A DNA stretch of 64,000 nucleotides from positions 2,624,001-2,688,000 of the forward strand of contig CBDEGZ010000003.1 in NCBI GenBank assembly GCA_965238175.1, in the 5' to 3' direction. Below, one piece after another: positions 35,270-46,754 of the stretch. The position numbers were made by a program, and so were the translations under genes. Origin of the DNA: Gammaproteobacteria bacterium (GTDB lineage Bacteria; Pseudomonadota; Gammaproteobacteria; CAJXQU01). Numbering within the stretch: position 1 is the first letter of the stretch; every line of letters starts with the position of its first letter. The notes under the pieces are model-generated. The model searched no databases, was not told where the DNA came from, and saw only the letters and a list, made by a program, of their open reading frames with translations.

Positions 35270-37789
35270 TTAAAGTGTTCTGGCGACTTCGGTTCGATCA
35301 AAAACCTCAATTTGATCGCCACTTCTGATGTCGTTGTAATTTTTCACGCCAATACCACATTCTGTACCAGATTTAACTTCATTCACATCATCTTTGAACC
35401 GACGTAAAGATTCCAGCTCGCCCTCATATACCACGACGTTGTCACGTAGAACGCGAATAGGACTACTTCGTTTAATCACACCAGTAGCAACGATACAACC
35501 CGCAATGGCTCCCAGCTGTGATGATCTAAATACATCTTTCACTTCTGCGACACCAATAATTTCTTCCCTGATTTCGGGTGATAACATTCCACTAAGAGCA
35601 GCTTTAACATCATCAATCACATCATAAATAACACTGTAATAACGAAGATCTAATTCCTCATCTTCGATTAATTTTCGTGCTGTACCGTCCGCGCGAACGT
35701 TGAAACCGATAATAACGGCTTGAGAAGCCATTCCAAGCGTGGCATCTGATTCGTTGATACCACCTACTCCACTTGCTACAACATTGACACGAACTTCTTC
35801 AGTGTTTAATTTGATCAACGATTCGCTCAACGCTTCGGCAGAACCATGAACATCCGCCTTGATCAAAACGTTGAGTGTGAAAACCTCACCCTCTTCCATT
35901 TTCGAAAACATCTGATCGAGTTTTGCAGCCTGCTGTCTGGCAAGTTTTACCTCACGAGTTTTATGCTCTCGATGCTCAGCAAGTTCTCTCGCCTGGCGTT
36001 CATCCTTTACAACCATGGCTTCATCACCTGCGACAGATGCACCCGACAAACCGAGAACTTCAACTGGAATCGAAGGTCCCGCATTTTGTAGCTGTGTACC
36101 ATGCTCATCAATCAAAGCACGCACTCGTCCATACTGTTCACCCGCAAGTAAAATGTCACCTTTTTTAAGTGTTCCAGCTTGAACCAGAATTGTCGCGACA
36201 GAACCACGCCCTTTATCAAGCCTGGACTCAATGACGATACCTCTGGCACTGCCTTCTACGGGTGCTTTGAGCTCAAGTAATTCTGCCTGAAGCAATACAG
36301 CATCTAATAATGCTTCGACACCCTCACCAGTATGAGCAGAAACAGGAATAAATTGTGTATCCCCTCCCCAATCTTCGGGGATCACTTCCTGAGCAGAAAG
36401 CTCATTCTTTGCTCTCTCAGGATCCGCGCCTTCCTTATCCATTTTATTCACTGCAACTATAATCGGCACGCCTGCTGCTTTTGAATGCTGAACCGCCTCA
36501 ATTGTTTGTGGCATAACTCCATCATCGGCGGCTACTACGAGGATCACAATATCGGTTGAGTTTGCCCCCCTGGAGCGCATTGCCGTAAATGCTGCATGGC
36601 CAGGTGTATCTAAAAAGGTAATTTCACCATGAGATGTTTTTACATGGTAGGCACCAATATGTTGAGTAATGCCACCCGCTTCACCATCCGCCACTTTTGC
36701 AGAACGAATATAGTCGAGCAGTGATGTCTTACCATGATCAACATGGCCCATTATAGTTACCACAGGGGATCGAGGAACTAATTCACCTTCAGGCTGAGTT
36801 TCGATCTGAATTTCTTCTTCAAGTGCATTTTCACTGATTAGTTTAGGATTATGTCCTAGTTCTTCAACAACCAAAATTGCAGTATCTTGATCCAAGACCT
36901 GATTAATTGTCGCCATCGTACCCAAATTCATCAATACCTTGAGTACTTCTCCGGATTTGATCGACATTTTTTTGGCTAGATCAGCCACTGATATATTTTC
37001 TGGAACTTCAACAGTATGGACAGCTGATTCTGTCGGCATTTCAAAACCATGTTTGGTATCACCTGTAGCGATAGGAGCTCTTCGTCTAGTCGGTTTATTT
37101 CGACGACGACCAGCTTTGTTACCTGCCACATGTAATTCAGAGCGACCACCGTAACGAGGTTTAGGTTTCTTCTCTTCTTTTCCTCGTTTTGCTTTAGCTT
37201 CAGTAGCAGTACGTGCTTTTTCTTCCGCTAACCGCTGCTCTTCAACAGCCTGTTTACTCGCGGCTAATACTTCTTCTTCAGCTTCTTTACTTGCTGTTTC
37301 TTCCGCCTTAGCCTTTGCCTCAGCTTCTTCTTTTGCTTTCACTTTTTCTTCTTGTGCAGCACGAATCGCTTCTTCTTCAGCGCGTTTTTCGGCCTCTATC
37401 AGATCACGTTTTTGCTGTTCTTCATCTGCTCGTTTCTGTTCTTCTTCCTCGATAACGCTGCGTTTGACATAGGTACGTTTTTTTCTGACTTCTATGCTGA
37501 CTGTTCGGCCACCAGTACGTGTACGTGTCGTTGCTCTCGCACCAGGAAGATTTAATTCGCTAACAGATTTACGCTTTAACGTGACTTGCTTAGGTTCGGA
37601 GGATGACTCCTTATCATCATCTTTCCCATGTTTTTGCCGTAAATGCGCAAGCAATTTCGTCTTTTCATCGTCACTTATTGATCCGTCTGCCTGTTTTGCG
37701 GGCACACCGGCTTCTTCCAGTTGGTTTAACAACTTGTCAACTGATATGCCGACAACACCAGCGAAATCTTTAACGCTTACTTCTGCCAT
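35270..37789 (-). CDS. infB: Translation initiation factor IF-2
   Basis: [35 protein letters not shown]. Confidence 0.98.
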   Translation of the reverse strand: MAEVSVKDFAGVVGISVDKLLNQLEEAGVPAKQADGSISDDEKTKLLAHLRQKHGKDDDKESSSEPKQVTLKRKSVSELNLPGARATTRTRTGGRTVSIEVRKKRTYVKRSVIEEEEQKRADEEQQKRDLIEAEKRAEEEAIRAAQEEKVKAKEEAEAKAKAEETASKEAEEEVLAASKQAVEEQRLAEEKARTATEAKAKRGKEEKKPKPRYGGRSELHVAGNKAGRRRNKPTRRRAPIATGDTKHGFEMPTESAVHTVEVPENISVADLAKKMSIKSGEVLKVLMNLGTMATINQVLDQDTAILVVEELGHNPKLISENALEEEIQIETQPEGELVPRSPVVTIMGHVDHGKTSLLDYIRSAKVADGEAGGITQHIGAYHVKTSHGEITFLDTPGHAAFTAMRSRGANSTDIVILVVAADDGVMPQTIEAVQHSKAAGVPIIVAVNKMDKEGADPERAKNELSAQEVIPEDWGGDTQFIPVSAHTGEGVEALLDAVLLQAELLELKAPVEGSARGIVIESRLDKGRGSVATILVQAGTLKKGDILLAGEQYGRVRALIDEHGTQLQNAGPSIPVEVLGLSGASVAGDEAMVVKDERQARELAEHREHKTREVKLARQQAAKLDQMFSKMEEGEVFTLNVLIKADVHGSAEALSESLIKLNTEEVRVNVVASGVGGINESDATLGMASQAVIIGFNVRADGTARKLIEDEELDLRYYSVIYDVIDDVKAALSGMLSPEIREEIIGVAEVKDVFRSSQLGAIAGCIVATGVIKRSSPIRVLRDNVVVYEGELESLRRFKDDVNEVKSGTECGIGVKNYNDIRSGDQIEVFDRTEVARTL

Positions 37790-37841
37790 TTTTTTATTCC
37801 AGAATTTTTCAAGAACCTACTGTTTAACCTGCAAAAAGGAT

Positions 37842-39371
37842 CTAGACGTCTTCACCCTCATTTTCAAACCATGGTTTTCGAGCAGTCATAATCAACTCAC
37901 CTGCACGTTTTTCATCAACACCTTCAATATCCAGGAGCTCATCCGTTGCTTGTTCTGCAAGATCTTCCATCGTTACAACTCCTCGACCAGCAAGAATAAA
38001 GGCCAGGCCCTCGTCCATCCCTTCCATCGTTAATAAGTCTTCCGCTGGTTTTGCATCACCGATTTCTTCTTCACTTGCTATTGCTCGGGTCAATAACAAA
38101 TCTTTTGCTCGACCTCTGATCTCTTGAACTAAGGTCTCATCAAACTCTTCGATACCCAACATTTCTTCTTCAGGTACATAGGCTACTTCCTCAATAGTAG
38201 TAAACCCTTCTTGAACAAGAATCATGGCAATTTCTTCGTCAACATCAAGAAATCCGGTAAACATTCCCAGGATCTTCTGCGCCTCGCCCTCACTTTTCTC
38301 AGCGGCCTCGTTCTCTGTCATGACATTAATTTGCCATCCAGTTAACTGGCTTGCCAGACGTACGTTTTGACCGCCCCGTCCAATAGCTTGTGATAATTGA
38401 TCTTCTACAACAGCGACATCCATACTGTGCGAATCTTCATCAACGATGATAGATACCACTTCGGCTGGAGCCATTGCGTTAATGACAAACTGGGCAGGGT
38501 TATCATTCCATAAAATGATATCTACCCGCTCACCGCCTAACTCATTCGAGACTGCCTGTACTCGTGAACCACGCATACCAACACACGCACCGACTGGATC
38601 TGTTCGTGGATCCTCTGATCTAACCGCTATTTTCGCACGTAGACCCGGATCTCGTGATGCTCCCAAAATTTCGATCAAATTCTCACCAATTTCCGGGACT
38701 TCAAGCTTAAACAATTCGATCAATAATTCATTTGCTGTACGACTAACAAAAAGTTGTGGACCTCGCTTTTCAAATCGCACTTCTTTTAAATAACCACGCA
38801 GTCGGTCACCGGATCGTACCGATTCTCTTGAAATAACCTCTTCGCGAGGAATAAAGGCTTCAGCATTGCCACCAAGATCAAGAATAATGTTCCCTCGATC
38901 CATTCTTTTTACTGTGCCCATGATCAATTCGCCGACACGATCCTTATAAGCTTCTACAACCTGTGCTCGTTCAGCTTCCCGAACTTTTTGCACGATAACC
39001 TGTTTTGCAGTCTGTGCAGCAATTCGACCAAATTCTGCAGCCTCAATCGATTCTTCTATATAGTCACCAATCTGTAGCTCAGGTTTTTCCTTAACAATAT
39101 CTTCAAAGAAAACTTCACGCTCAGGCGCAAATTCATCAACTTCACCTTCTACATTGATAACTGGCGCATCACCATCAATCACTTCCCAACGGCGAAAAGC
39201 CTCATACTCGCCAGTGGTCCTATCAATACTCACTCTAACGGCAATGTCTGTCTTGTGAAATTTTCGAGTCGCCGCCGCCAATGCCTCTTCCAACGCTCCG
39301 AAGATAACTTCTCTAGAGACACCTTTTTCATTCGAAACCACATCAACAACTGTCAGAATTTCTTTGCTCAT
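37842..39371 (-). CDS. nusA: Transcription termination/antitermination factor NusA
   Basis: [51 protein letters not shown]. Confidence 0.98.
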   Translation of the reverse strand: MSKEILTVVDVVSNEKGVSREVIFGALEEALAAATRKFHKTDIAVRVSIDRTTGEYEAFRRWEVIDGDAPVINVEGEVDEFAPEREVFFEDIVKEKPELQIGDYIEESIEAAEFGRIAAQTAKQVIVQKVREAERAQVVEAYKDRVGELIMGTVKRMDRGNIILDLGGNAEAFIPREEVISRESVRSGDRLRGYLKEVRFEKRGPQLFVSRTANELLIELFKLEVPEIGENLIEILGASRDPGLRAKIAVRSEDPRTDPVGACVGMRGSRVQAVSNELGGERVDIILWNDNPAQFVINAMAPAEVVSIIVDEDSHSMDVAVVEDQLSQAIGRGGQNVRLASQLTGWQINVMTENEAAEKSEGEAQKILGMFTGFLDVDEEIAMILVQEGFTTIEEVAYVPEEEMLGIEEFDETLVQEIRGRAKDLLLTRAIASEEEIGDAKPAEDLLTMEGMDEGLAFILAGRGVVTMEDLAEQATDELLDIEGVDEKRAGELIMTARKPWFENEGEDV

Positions 39372-39412
39372 ATAATCACTCTTGTCGTCATATTTTCTTT
39401 AAATATATACTT

Positions 39413-39886
39413 TTATAACCCTTTCGCTACTAACCGTCCTTTATCAATCATATTGAACGGAATACTTAGTTCTTCTTCCTGTCCCGTAGAATTTTCTAGC
39501 GCAATAATAACATCTTGTTCATCAGTTCTACGTAACTCGCCTTTTATCCGGCGCCTACCATTTAATATCCTGGCCAGTCTAATTTTAACCATTGAGCCGC
39601 TATATTTTTCATAATGCTCTAATTTAAACAATGGTCTATCCAGACCCGGAGAGGATACTTCTAGAAAATATTGCCCTCTCACTAAATCTTCAACATCAAG
39701 CACACCGCTGATGTGACGACTGACAGTTTCGCAGTCTTTTATAACAATACCATTTTCATGATCAATATAGATCCTTAAAATAGCACCACCAGTGTCCTGA
39801 ACCTGTTCAAACCCCAACATTTCATAGCCTAATCCAGAAATGCTGGAGTCAAGTAATTTATACAATGGCGAACTATCGTTATACAT
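39413..39886 (-). CDS. rimP: Ribosome maturation factor RimP
   Basis: LRIYID, DCETVSR, Y.LEVSSPGLDRPL. Confidence 0.95.
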   Translation of the reverse strand: MYNDSSPLYKLLDSSISGLGYEMLGFEQVQDTGGAILRIYIDHENGIVIKDCETVSRHISGVLDVEDLVRGQYFLEVSSPGLDRPLFKLEHYEKYSGSMVKIRLARILNGRRRIKGELRRTDEQDVIIALENSTGQEEELSIPFNMIDKGRLVAKGL

Positions 39887-39902
39887 CCCTTAAATCCCAC
39901 AA

Positions 39903-39933
39903 AATAAAAAGCCCCGATAGCGGGGCCTTTATT
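39903..39933 (-). terminator. Intrinsic terminator/attenuator after tRNA-fMet
   Basis: Minus strand AAAGGCCCCG-CTAT-CGGGGCTTTTTATTT. Confidence 0.7.
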
Positions 39934-39935
39934 GT

Positions 39936-40012
<77 letters not shown>

Positions 40013-40231
40013 CTTGTATTAGTGCGCGGAATGTTACCTTCAACCGCTAATTTATTCAAGCTGAATGATCTAAAGAGTACTCAAATATATTATGCCTGGC
40101 CAATATCTTGACAATTCTTTAACTAAAGGTTCATGTTAGTAATGTCGATAACGCCTTTAAGGATCTAGAGATATAAGTATTTTTATCTTATCTCAAAATT
40201 ATTTAAGGATCAGTTTCACAATAATACGGAT

Positions 40232-41070
40232 ATGCTCGGAAATTACTCGATCCCAAATCATAAATTGATCAAAAAGATCTGTCATACCGGAATGTCATCA
40301 GTATATTTGGCGCAATCTTTGGTTGATCAAGATCTCGTGATCATAAAAATTCTCGATTTTGATCCGAATGACGAAACAGATTGTAAAGCAGTTAAACGCT
40401 TTGAGCAGGAATACGAACTTTTAAAATATTTAAACCATCCGAATATTGCTGTAATCAAAGACAGGATCGTTAGTAGCCATTACGCCTGCATTATTATGGA
40501 GTATTTCCCCAATGGTGATCTGTCACAAAAGATATCTGAAGGTATCGACACGAATCAAGCCATTAATTATTTCATTCCGATGGTTCAGGGACTAGACATA
40601 ATCCATGAACGAAATATCGTTCATAGAGATATAAAACCAAGAAACATTTTATTTCGTTCAGATAATTCGCTAGCAATTTCAGATTTTGGTATTGCCAGGG
40701 TAATGGAGCAATCGTATGGTTTGACTCTGAAGGGGGTCATTCTCGGCTCCCCTTATTACATGAGCCCGGAACAAATTGACGATGAAAAAACTGATCGACG
40801 CGCTGATTTATACAGTCTTGGTGCCGTTTTTATGAGATGTTAACTGGCAAAAAACCGTTTCGTGGTGGATCTTTGATGAAGATATTTTACGCCCACCTGA
40901 ATGATCCCATACCTACCTTGCCTGCCTTATTACAGGACTATCAGCCGATTATTGATCTGTTACTGGCTAAAAATCCAGATGACCGTTTCGACTGTGCTGC
41001 CGATCTACTATATGCACTCAAAATGATCAAAACCCCTGATAAAGAATCAGCAGATTTAATGCTGGCCTAA
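40232..41070 (+). pseudogene. Frameshifted Ser/Thr protein kinase
   Basis: Kinase motifs (HRDIKPRN, DFG, GSPYYMSPEQ, DLYSLG) are split over two ORFs. Adding one T to the T5 run at 40827-40831 restores ...GAVFYEMLTGKKPF... Confidence 0.8.
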
Positions 41071-41184
41071 TCCTATAAAACCCGTTTTCAGACCATTTAA
41101 ATTTTCTTCAGCAATGCTTACCTTATTAGCCATCAATTCCAAACTGAACTATTAGCCCCCTTTTATAGATAATTAATGAATAAA

Positions 41185-42669
41185 TTACGGCATCATTATT
41201 CCCTGCTGTAATGCCTCCCAAGGTATGGGTTGATCAACCATTTCTCCTAACATATCTAGAACCGGCATAGACTCACCATTGACTTCGACCTCGCCAGTAT
41301 CAAGGACAGCATCCAGCTCATAAGTTTCACCCTTGTCTACAGCAAAACCCATCGCCACGGGCATACCAATCGCTTCTTCGGCTGGAGTACCGGCGATCAT
41401 ACCTTTACTTAGACTAATTTTTAATTGACCTTGCAGTGCGATGATCAAATCTCGAACCGTCTTAAGCTCTAGCAAATTTTTAGTATCTGCATAATTCAAA
41501 TCGAAATTAATAGATGACTTGCCGTTCTCGTTACTCACCTCTACTAAATTGTTTGTTTCAACGCCTTGCCTGATTACTTCTGAAAGGACTGAAAAATAAG
41601 CTGCTGCTGATTTCACCATGGCTTCCTGTGATGCTTCCAAATTATCACTTCCCAGCATTTCAAACTGTGTCTTATTTATCTGTTGTCCAACATCAATTAG
41701 CTTAGTGACATCCTCTCGATTAAAACCTTTGATCCCCATGCTCATGTGAACCTTTGATGCAGGGAATTCAATTCCTGAATCCATTGATGGAATCGTTAAC
41801 TGGTCAATATCAAACGTTCCTACGCCAGAAAAACTACCATTTTCACCTTTAGCAATTGAGCTTAATGTCAACCCTTGGAGCTTTAAACCTTCAATTGATC
41901 CGTTAGAGAACGAAACTTCAGGAAGCCTCATGACAATATTCCCATCAATCATTGTGCCCTTATAGATCTCATTGATATCCATTGAGAACGAAGAAGGAAC
42001 CATCGACATTTTGAATGCTTTACCTTGTTCTTCACCCTCCATATCTATTGCACCGACATGCATGGTTCCCGCTAGACGCGTGCCTTCAATATTACCAGTG
42101 AAGTCGCCTTTGATACCTGCCACAGCTATTTTAAAGGGATATTCTTCATCAGAATCTTTACCACTTAACTCAGCTAAACCCTTTGCATCAACCGATATTG
42201 GTGCAACTTCGAGATCAAACTCAGCCAATTCGCCCAAGCCAGTATGGACACCCGATGTAAAGGGTTCTTTTTCAGAAAAAAACCAACTAACCATTTCTCG
42301 AACACCAACAGAAAGGGTTGATTGATCCAAAGTTGTTTGTATATAGCTAGTGCCAAATTTTATTCCTTTCGGCGTCATCATTACTGGACCATGATAAATT
42401 TTATGCTCCAAAACAATCTCAACAGGCTCTTCTTTTTCACCACCAATGTTCAGATCAATTATTGTTACAGATTTTGCCAGGCTCGTAGTAAACCCTTTTT
42501 CATAGGATTTTTTTTGTACTTTAATAAAAGGAAGGCTTTCTGTGTATTGCCGACTGGCTTCTGTCAATATTTCGTCAAAATTTTCTTCCGTTTGATTGGA
42601 GGCAAACCAGGTAATACCCGCCCAAAGCGCCGGCACGATCAAAACAATACTTAACAGTAATTTTTTCAT
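41185..42669 (-). CDS. YdgA/DUF945-family exported protein
   Basis: N-terminal signal anchor, Y.KGF.TS.A, L.H.IYHGP, C-terminal 'G.V.VNG..MP'. Confidence 0.7.
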   Translation of the reverse strand: MKKLLLSIVLIVPALWAGITWFASNQTEENFDEILTEASRQYTESLPFIKVQKKSYEKGFTTSLAKSVTIIDLNIGGEKEEPVEIVLEHKIYHGPVMMTPKGIKFGTSYIQTTLDQSTLSVGVREMVSWFFSEKEPFTSGVHTGLGELAEFDLEVAPISVDAKGLAELSGKDSDEEYPFKIAVAGIKGDFTGNIEGTRLAGTMHVGAIDMEGEEQGKAFKMSMVPSSFSMDINEIYKGTMIDGNIVMRLPEVSFSNGSIEGLKLQGLTLSSIAKGENGSFSGVGTFDIDQLTIPSMDSGIEFPASKVHMSMGIKGFNREDVTKLIDVGQQINKTQFEMLGSDNLEASQEAMVKSAAAYFSVLSEVIRQGVETNNLVEVSNENGKSSINFDLNYADTKNLLELKTVRDLIIALQGQLKISLSKGMIAGTPAEEAIGMPVAMGFAVDKGETYELDAVLDTGEVEVNGESMPVLDMLGEMVDQPIPWEALQQGIMMP

Positions 42670-42843
42670 ACAAATGAGTCCTTGAAAATATATTTAAAAT
42701 TTCGCTCCCTCTGCATAAATATACACAGGATCTTAAGCTCAATAATGTGTCGTCACATAACCCTAAAAACTTAAACTTCCAAAATAAATTGAAATTTCTA
42801 AATAATTTTATCCTCACTTTGATTAAAAACAACCATAATCCAG

Positions 42844-44622
42844 TTAAACACGGTAACTCTTCTCTATCGCCTCTCGATCAATAATACCCTGAATTGGAAC
42901 AGTTATTTGATCATTTAACAGTGCGCTAAGACGAATAACATAAAGTGCTTCAACTTGGGAGACTTCCATAATTTCTCTCGCTTCTTGCAAAGTCGCTCTT
43001 CGATGTACGGAAGCAAGTTGTTGTCTTTGTGAAGGGATCTCCATTAGATCAATCTCTTTTAGTTCATTCTCAAACTGATCTTCTGTCTGCAATTGCTCCG
43101 ATTCCTGCTTCTGCAGTTCTTCCAAAAAGCGTAAAAGATCTGCGGCAGGCATACGCAACTTATTTTCCGCCTTTTCAATTATCAACCAACGTGGTGAGTT
43201 TGTAAGAAGTTCTTGCGCTTTTTCTCGATCAATTACTTGCTCGGTTAGAACAAATTCCTGATCCATTACCGAAGTAATTGATAGACGCCGAAGCGACTGA
43301 GTGATCGGATCAGTCTTATAGTAAAGACCCAATGCCTGCATCTGAGACATAAAAATGGACTCTTTAGAGAATAGTTCTTTTGCTGTTAAATTAGCGCTAA
43401 TGATCACTAACATTCCGGGTAGAATAATATTTGGGTTCGCGGTTAATTCTAATAAGGTTACTAATGCGGCAAGCGGTGCTTGTAAACAAGCACTCATCAT
43501 CGCTGCCATGCCTAACATTGCATAGAACCCGGGATGTGAACCACCTTCCATAGGTATATATCCCGCCATCAATCCCAGCGCGCCGCCTGCCGTTGCTCCC
43601 ATGAATAACGTTGGACCAATCAAACCACCAGGCACACCCAACCCTATGCTAAGAGATGTCGCGATTACCTTAAATAAAACGATGATTAACAACCCACTAA
43701 GCGCTGCCGAACCATGCAGTGCATAGTCCACCGTATCATAGCCGATCCCCATGACCTCAGGTACAGCCATTGCGCAAAACCCACAACCAACCCCAGCAAG
43801 GATCATTCTGAAGAAGATTGGTCGATTCCGATTTTTCTCCGTTATCCATGACAAACTACTAATGAAGCCAGCTGCAAGTGCGCCTAAAACAACTCCCATG
43901 ACCAAAACAACCGGGATTTCATAAAATGAGTACATCTCAAAGGGTGGGACAGAAAAAGCGGGGGCAGAACCATAAACCCATTGCATCAATACCGTCGCAC
44001 TAAATGCGGCTAAAATCACCGGTGTAAAACCGGCAATGGTGTACTCCATCATCACAACTTCCATGGCAAATATGACGCCTGCAAGTGGTGTGTTAAATGA
44101 TGCAGCAATAGCTGCAGCTGTTCCACAAGCCACCAAAGTGCGAATACTATTATTTGGTAAAAGTAGGTAGTGCCCCATAAGACTGGAGCTTGCCGCTCCA
44201 AGATGAGCACTCGGCCCTTCTCGTCCAACAGACTGTCCAGAAACCAAAGCGACTACAACACCGAAGAATTGTAAGATCATATTTCGTATTGGCATATTAC
44301 CTTCAAAGTAGGCCAACCTTTCCAAAATATGCACCACACCAAAACGATAGCTAGGCTTAGAAAAAAAATGAAAAATTATTGCTAACACTAAACCTCCAGT
44401 GGCTGGAAATAAAAAACGCTCAAACGTTGTGAATGCTTCAAAATTTCCTGAGCTATCTCCAGGGAGTAATCCTGACTGGGTATTTTCAACTGTTTTTCGG
44501 AAGAGGATAATAATCCCACCTGAAATCAAGCCGCTTGTTAGTCCCAGTAAGGCAAGCAGTGGCTGGGCATTAAATCCAGCGAGGCGAAGTCGGAGTCGTT
44601 CGAGAAAATCAACCATAGTCAC
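42844..44622 (-). CDS. ClC-family chloride channel/antiporter with C-terminal CBS-like region
   Basis: SVGREGP, FNTPLAGVIFAMEV, GGLIGPTLFMG. Confidence 0.9.
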   Translation of the reverse strand: MTMVDFLERLRLRLAGFNAQPLLALLGLTSGLISGGIIILFRKTVENTQSGLLPGDSSGNFEAFTTFERFLFPATGGLVLAIIFHFFSKPSYRFGVVHILERLAYFEGNMPIRNMILQFFGVVVALVSGQSVGREGPSAHLGAASSSLMGHYLLLPNNSIRTLVACGTAAAIAASFNTPLAGVIFAMEVVMMEYTIAGFTPVILAAFSATVLMQWVYGSAPAFSVPPFEMYSFYEIPVVLVMGVVLGALAAGFISSLSWITEKNRNRPIFFRMILAGVGCGFCAMAVPEVMGIGYDTVDYALHGSAALSGLLIIVLFKVIATSLSIGLGVPGGLIGPTLFMGATAGGALGLMAGYIPMEGGSHPGFYAMLGMAAMMSACLQAPLAALVTLLELTANPNIILPGMLVIISANLTAKELFSKESIFMSQMQALGLYYKTDPITQSLRRLSITSVMDQEFVLTEQVIDREKAQELLTNSPRWLIIEKAENKLRMPAADLLRFLEELQKQESEQLQTEDQFENELKEIDLMEIPSQRQQLASVHRRATLQEAREIMEVSQVEALYVIRLSALLNDQITVPIQGIIDREAIEKSYRV

Positions 44623-44809
44623 AGTATTACTTTTTTAGAAATTAGAGATTTATTAGTTATCAGGCTAGAATACCATGCTCTTTCTGGAGGGTATGATACT
44701 TCCGGCAAACACTATTTAAACTAAATGTCCGCTATAAAATACTAATAATACGGACTTTTTTATCCATAAACTTAATTAGCCATAGCTCAAAGATGAGAGG
44801 AGCAATGAC

Positions 44810-46483
44810 ATGTCAGATATAGAAATCGCCCAAAAAGCAAAAATGAAGCCTATTATTGGCCTCGCTAAAGAAAAATTCGGGGTTGAAGCAGAACACCTCG
44901 ATCCATACGGTCACTACAAAGCCAAACTGTCACTCGATTATGTTGAAAGCTTGAAAGACAGGGAAAATGGAAAACTCGTCCTAGTAACCGCCGTCAGCCC
45001 AACACCTGCAGGTGAAGGTAAAACAACGACAACGGTAGGTCTTGGCGACGCACTAAACAGAATTGGTAAAAAAACAATCATGTGCTTGCGTGAACCTTCA
45101 CTCGGCCCATGTTTTGGTATGAAAGGTGGTGCTGCAGGCGGCGGTTATTCGCAAGTCGTACCAATGGAAGATATCAACCTTCATTTTACGGGTGATTTCC
45201 ATGCAATTGGTGTAGCACATGCGCTTTTAGCTGCCATGATTGATAACCATATCAATCATGGTAACGAATTAGGTATCGATCCTCGTCGTATCCAATGGAA
45301 ACGTGTCGTCGATATGAATGATCGAGCTTTGCGTAAAATCACTATTGGTCAGGGCGGACCAGCAAATGGTTATTTGAGAGAAGATGGTTTTGATATTGTT
45401 GTCGCCTCTGAAATCATGGCTATTCTTTGTCTCGCCACAAGCCGATCAGATCTGAAAGAAAGACTTGGACGTATTCTGGTTGGTTATAAACGTGATAACA
45501 AGACGCCTGTTTATGCGCGTGATCTCAATGCTCAAGGCTCTATGGCCGCACTGCTAAAAGATGCGATTAAACCAAACTTAGTACAAACATTAGAAAACAA
45601 TATCGCCATTATTCATGGTGGTCCATTTGCAAATATTGCTCATGGTTGTAATACCGTAACCGCAACTAAAACTGGTTTGAAACTAGCCGATTATGTGATC
45701 ACTGAAGGTGGTTTCGGTGCAGATTTGGGTGCTGAGAAATTTATTAATATAAAAACACGAATGGCGGGTTTAAACCCTTCAGCCGTTGTATTAGTAGCAA
45801 CAATACGCGCACTTAAATTCCACGGCGGCGTTGCTAAAGAAGATCTGAATACTGAAAATCTTGATGCGCTTGCTAAAGGCATGATCAATATGGAGCGTCA
45901 TGTTGAAAATATTCAAAACGTTTACGGGCTACCTTGCGTAGTTTGTTTAAATCACTTCACTTTAGACACAGATGCAGAAGTTGCCTTACTACAAAAACGT
46001 TGTGAAGAACTAGGAGTGAGATCAGTCGTCTCCAAACACTGGGCAGACGGTGGTGCAGGTGCAGAAGACCTCGCACACGCCGTAGTAGACGTTGTAGAAA
46101 ACAATCCTGGCAAGCACACTTTTGTCTATGACGACGATATGCCTTTATGGGATAAAATCGAAGCAATCGCCACAAGAGTCTATCGCGCAGCCAGCATTTC
46201 AGCCGATGCAAAAGTGAAGAAACAACTTGCTGACTGGAATGAAGATTATGGCTCCTATCCGATCTGTATGGCAAAAACTCAAATGTCATTCTCAACAGAT
46301 CCGACGGCTAAAGGTGCCCCAACAGGACATAATGTACACATTACTGAGGTTCGCTTAAATAATGGTGCAGGATTTGTTGTCGCCATTGCCGGTAGTATGA
46401 TGACAATGCCGGGACTACCTAAAGTGCCAGCAGCAGAGCGAATTGATATTGATGATGATGGAAACATCACTGGTTTATTCTAA
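44810..46483 (+). CDS. fhs: Formate--tetrahydrofolate ligase (FtfL)
   Basis: [53 protein letters not shown]. Confidence 0.97.
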   Translation: MSDIEIAQKAKMKPIIGLAKEKFGVEAEHLDPYGHYKAKLSLDYVESLKDRENGKLVLVTAVSPTPAGEGKTTTTVGLGDALNRIGKKTIMCLREPSLGPCFGMKGGAAGGGYSQVVPMEDINLHFTGDFHAIGVAHALLAAMIDNHINHGNELGIDPRRIQWKRVVDMNDRALRKITIGQGGPANGYLREDGFDIVVASEIMAILCLATSRSDLKERLGRILVGYKRDNKTPVYARDLNAQGSMAALLKDAIKPNLVQTLENNIAIIHGGPFANIAHGCNTVTATKTGLKLADYVITEGGFGADLGAEKFINIKTRMAGLNPSAVVLVATIRALKFHGGVAKEDLNTENLDALAKGMINMERHVENIQNVYGLPCVVCLNHFTLDTDAEVALLQKRCEELGVRSVVSKHWADGGAGAEDLAHAVVDVVENNPGKHTFVYDDDMPLWDKIEAIATRVYRAASISADAKVKKQLADWNEDYGSYPICMAKTQMSFSTDPTAKGAPTGHNVHITEVRLNNGAGFVVAIAGSMMTMPGLPKVPAAERIDIDDDGNITGLF

Positions 46484-46511
46484 AAAATCTGATCAAATAA
46501 TACTTCTGAAT

Positions 46512-46542
46512 AAAAAAGGCCGGTTAATGACTGGCCTTTTTT
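46512..46542. terminator. Bidirectional intrinsic terminator between fhs and the DGR
   Basis: AAAAAAGGCCGGTT-AAT-GACTGGCCTTTTTT. Confidence 0.75.
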
Positions 46543-46754
46543 AGTTGAACTGTAGATGTGTAATAGCTCAGATTAAAATGATAATTTGAAAATATGAGTT
46601 GTATTAGCCTTATAGTTTGTAAAATATTAGAAGTCTCAAACCGTCTAACTGCTACCATTCGATTAAAGCTTTTTATAACTTTCGACTGCTCATAGTGGCA
46701 TAACCGGTCAATAAACAATCTAACGATCTAATAGTAGTCGACCTCATCTAGTAG

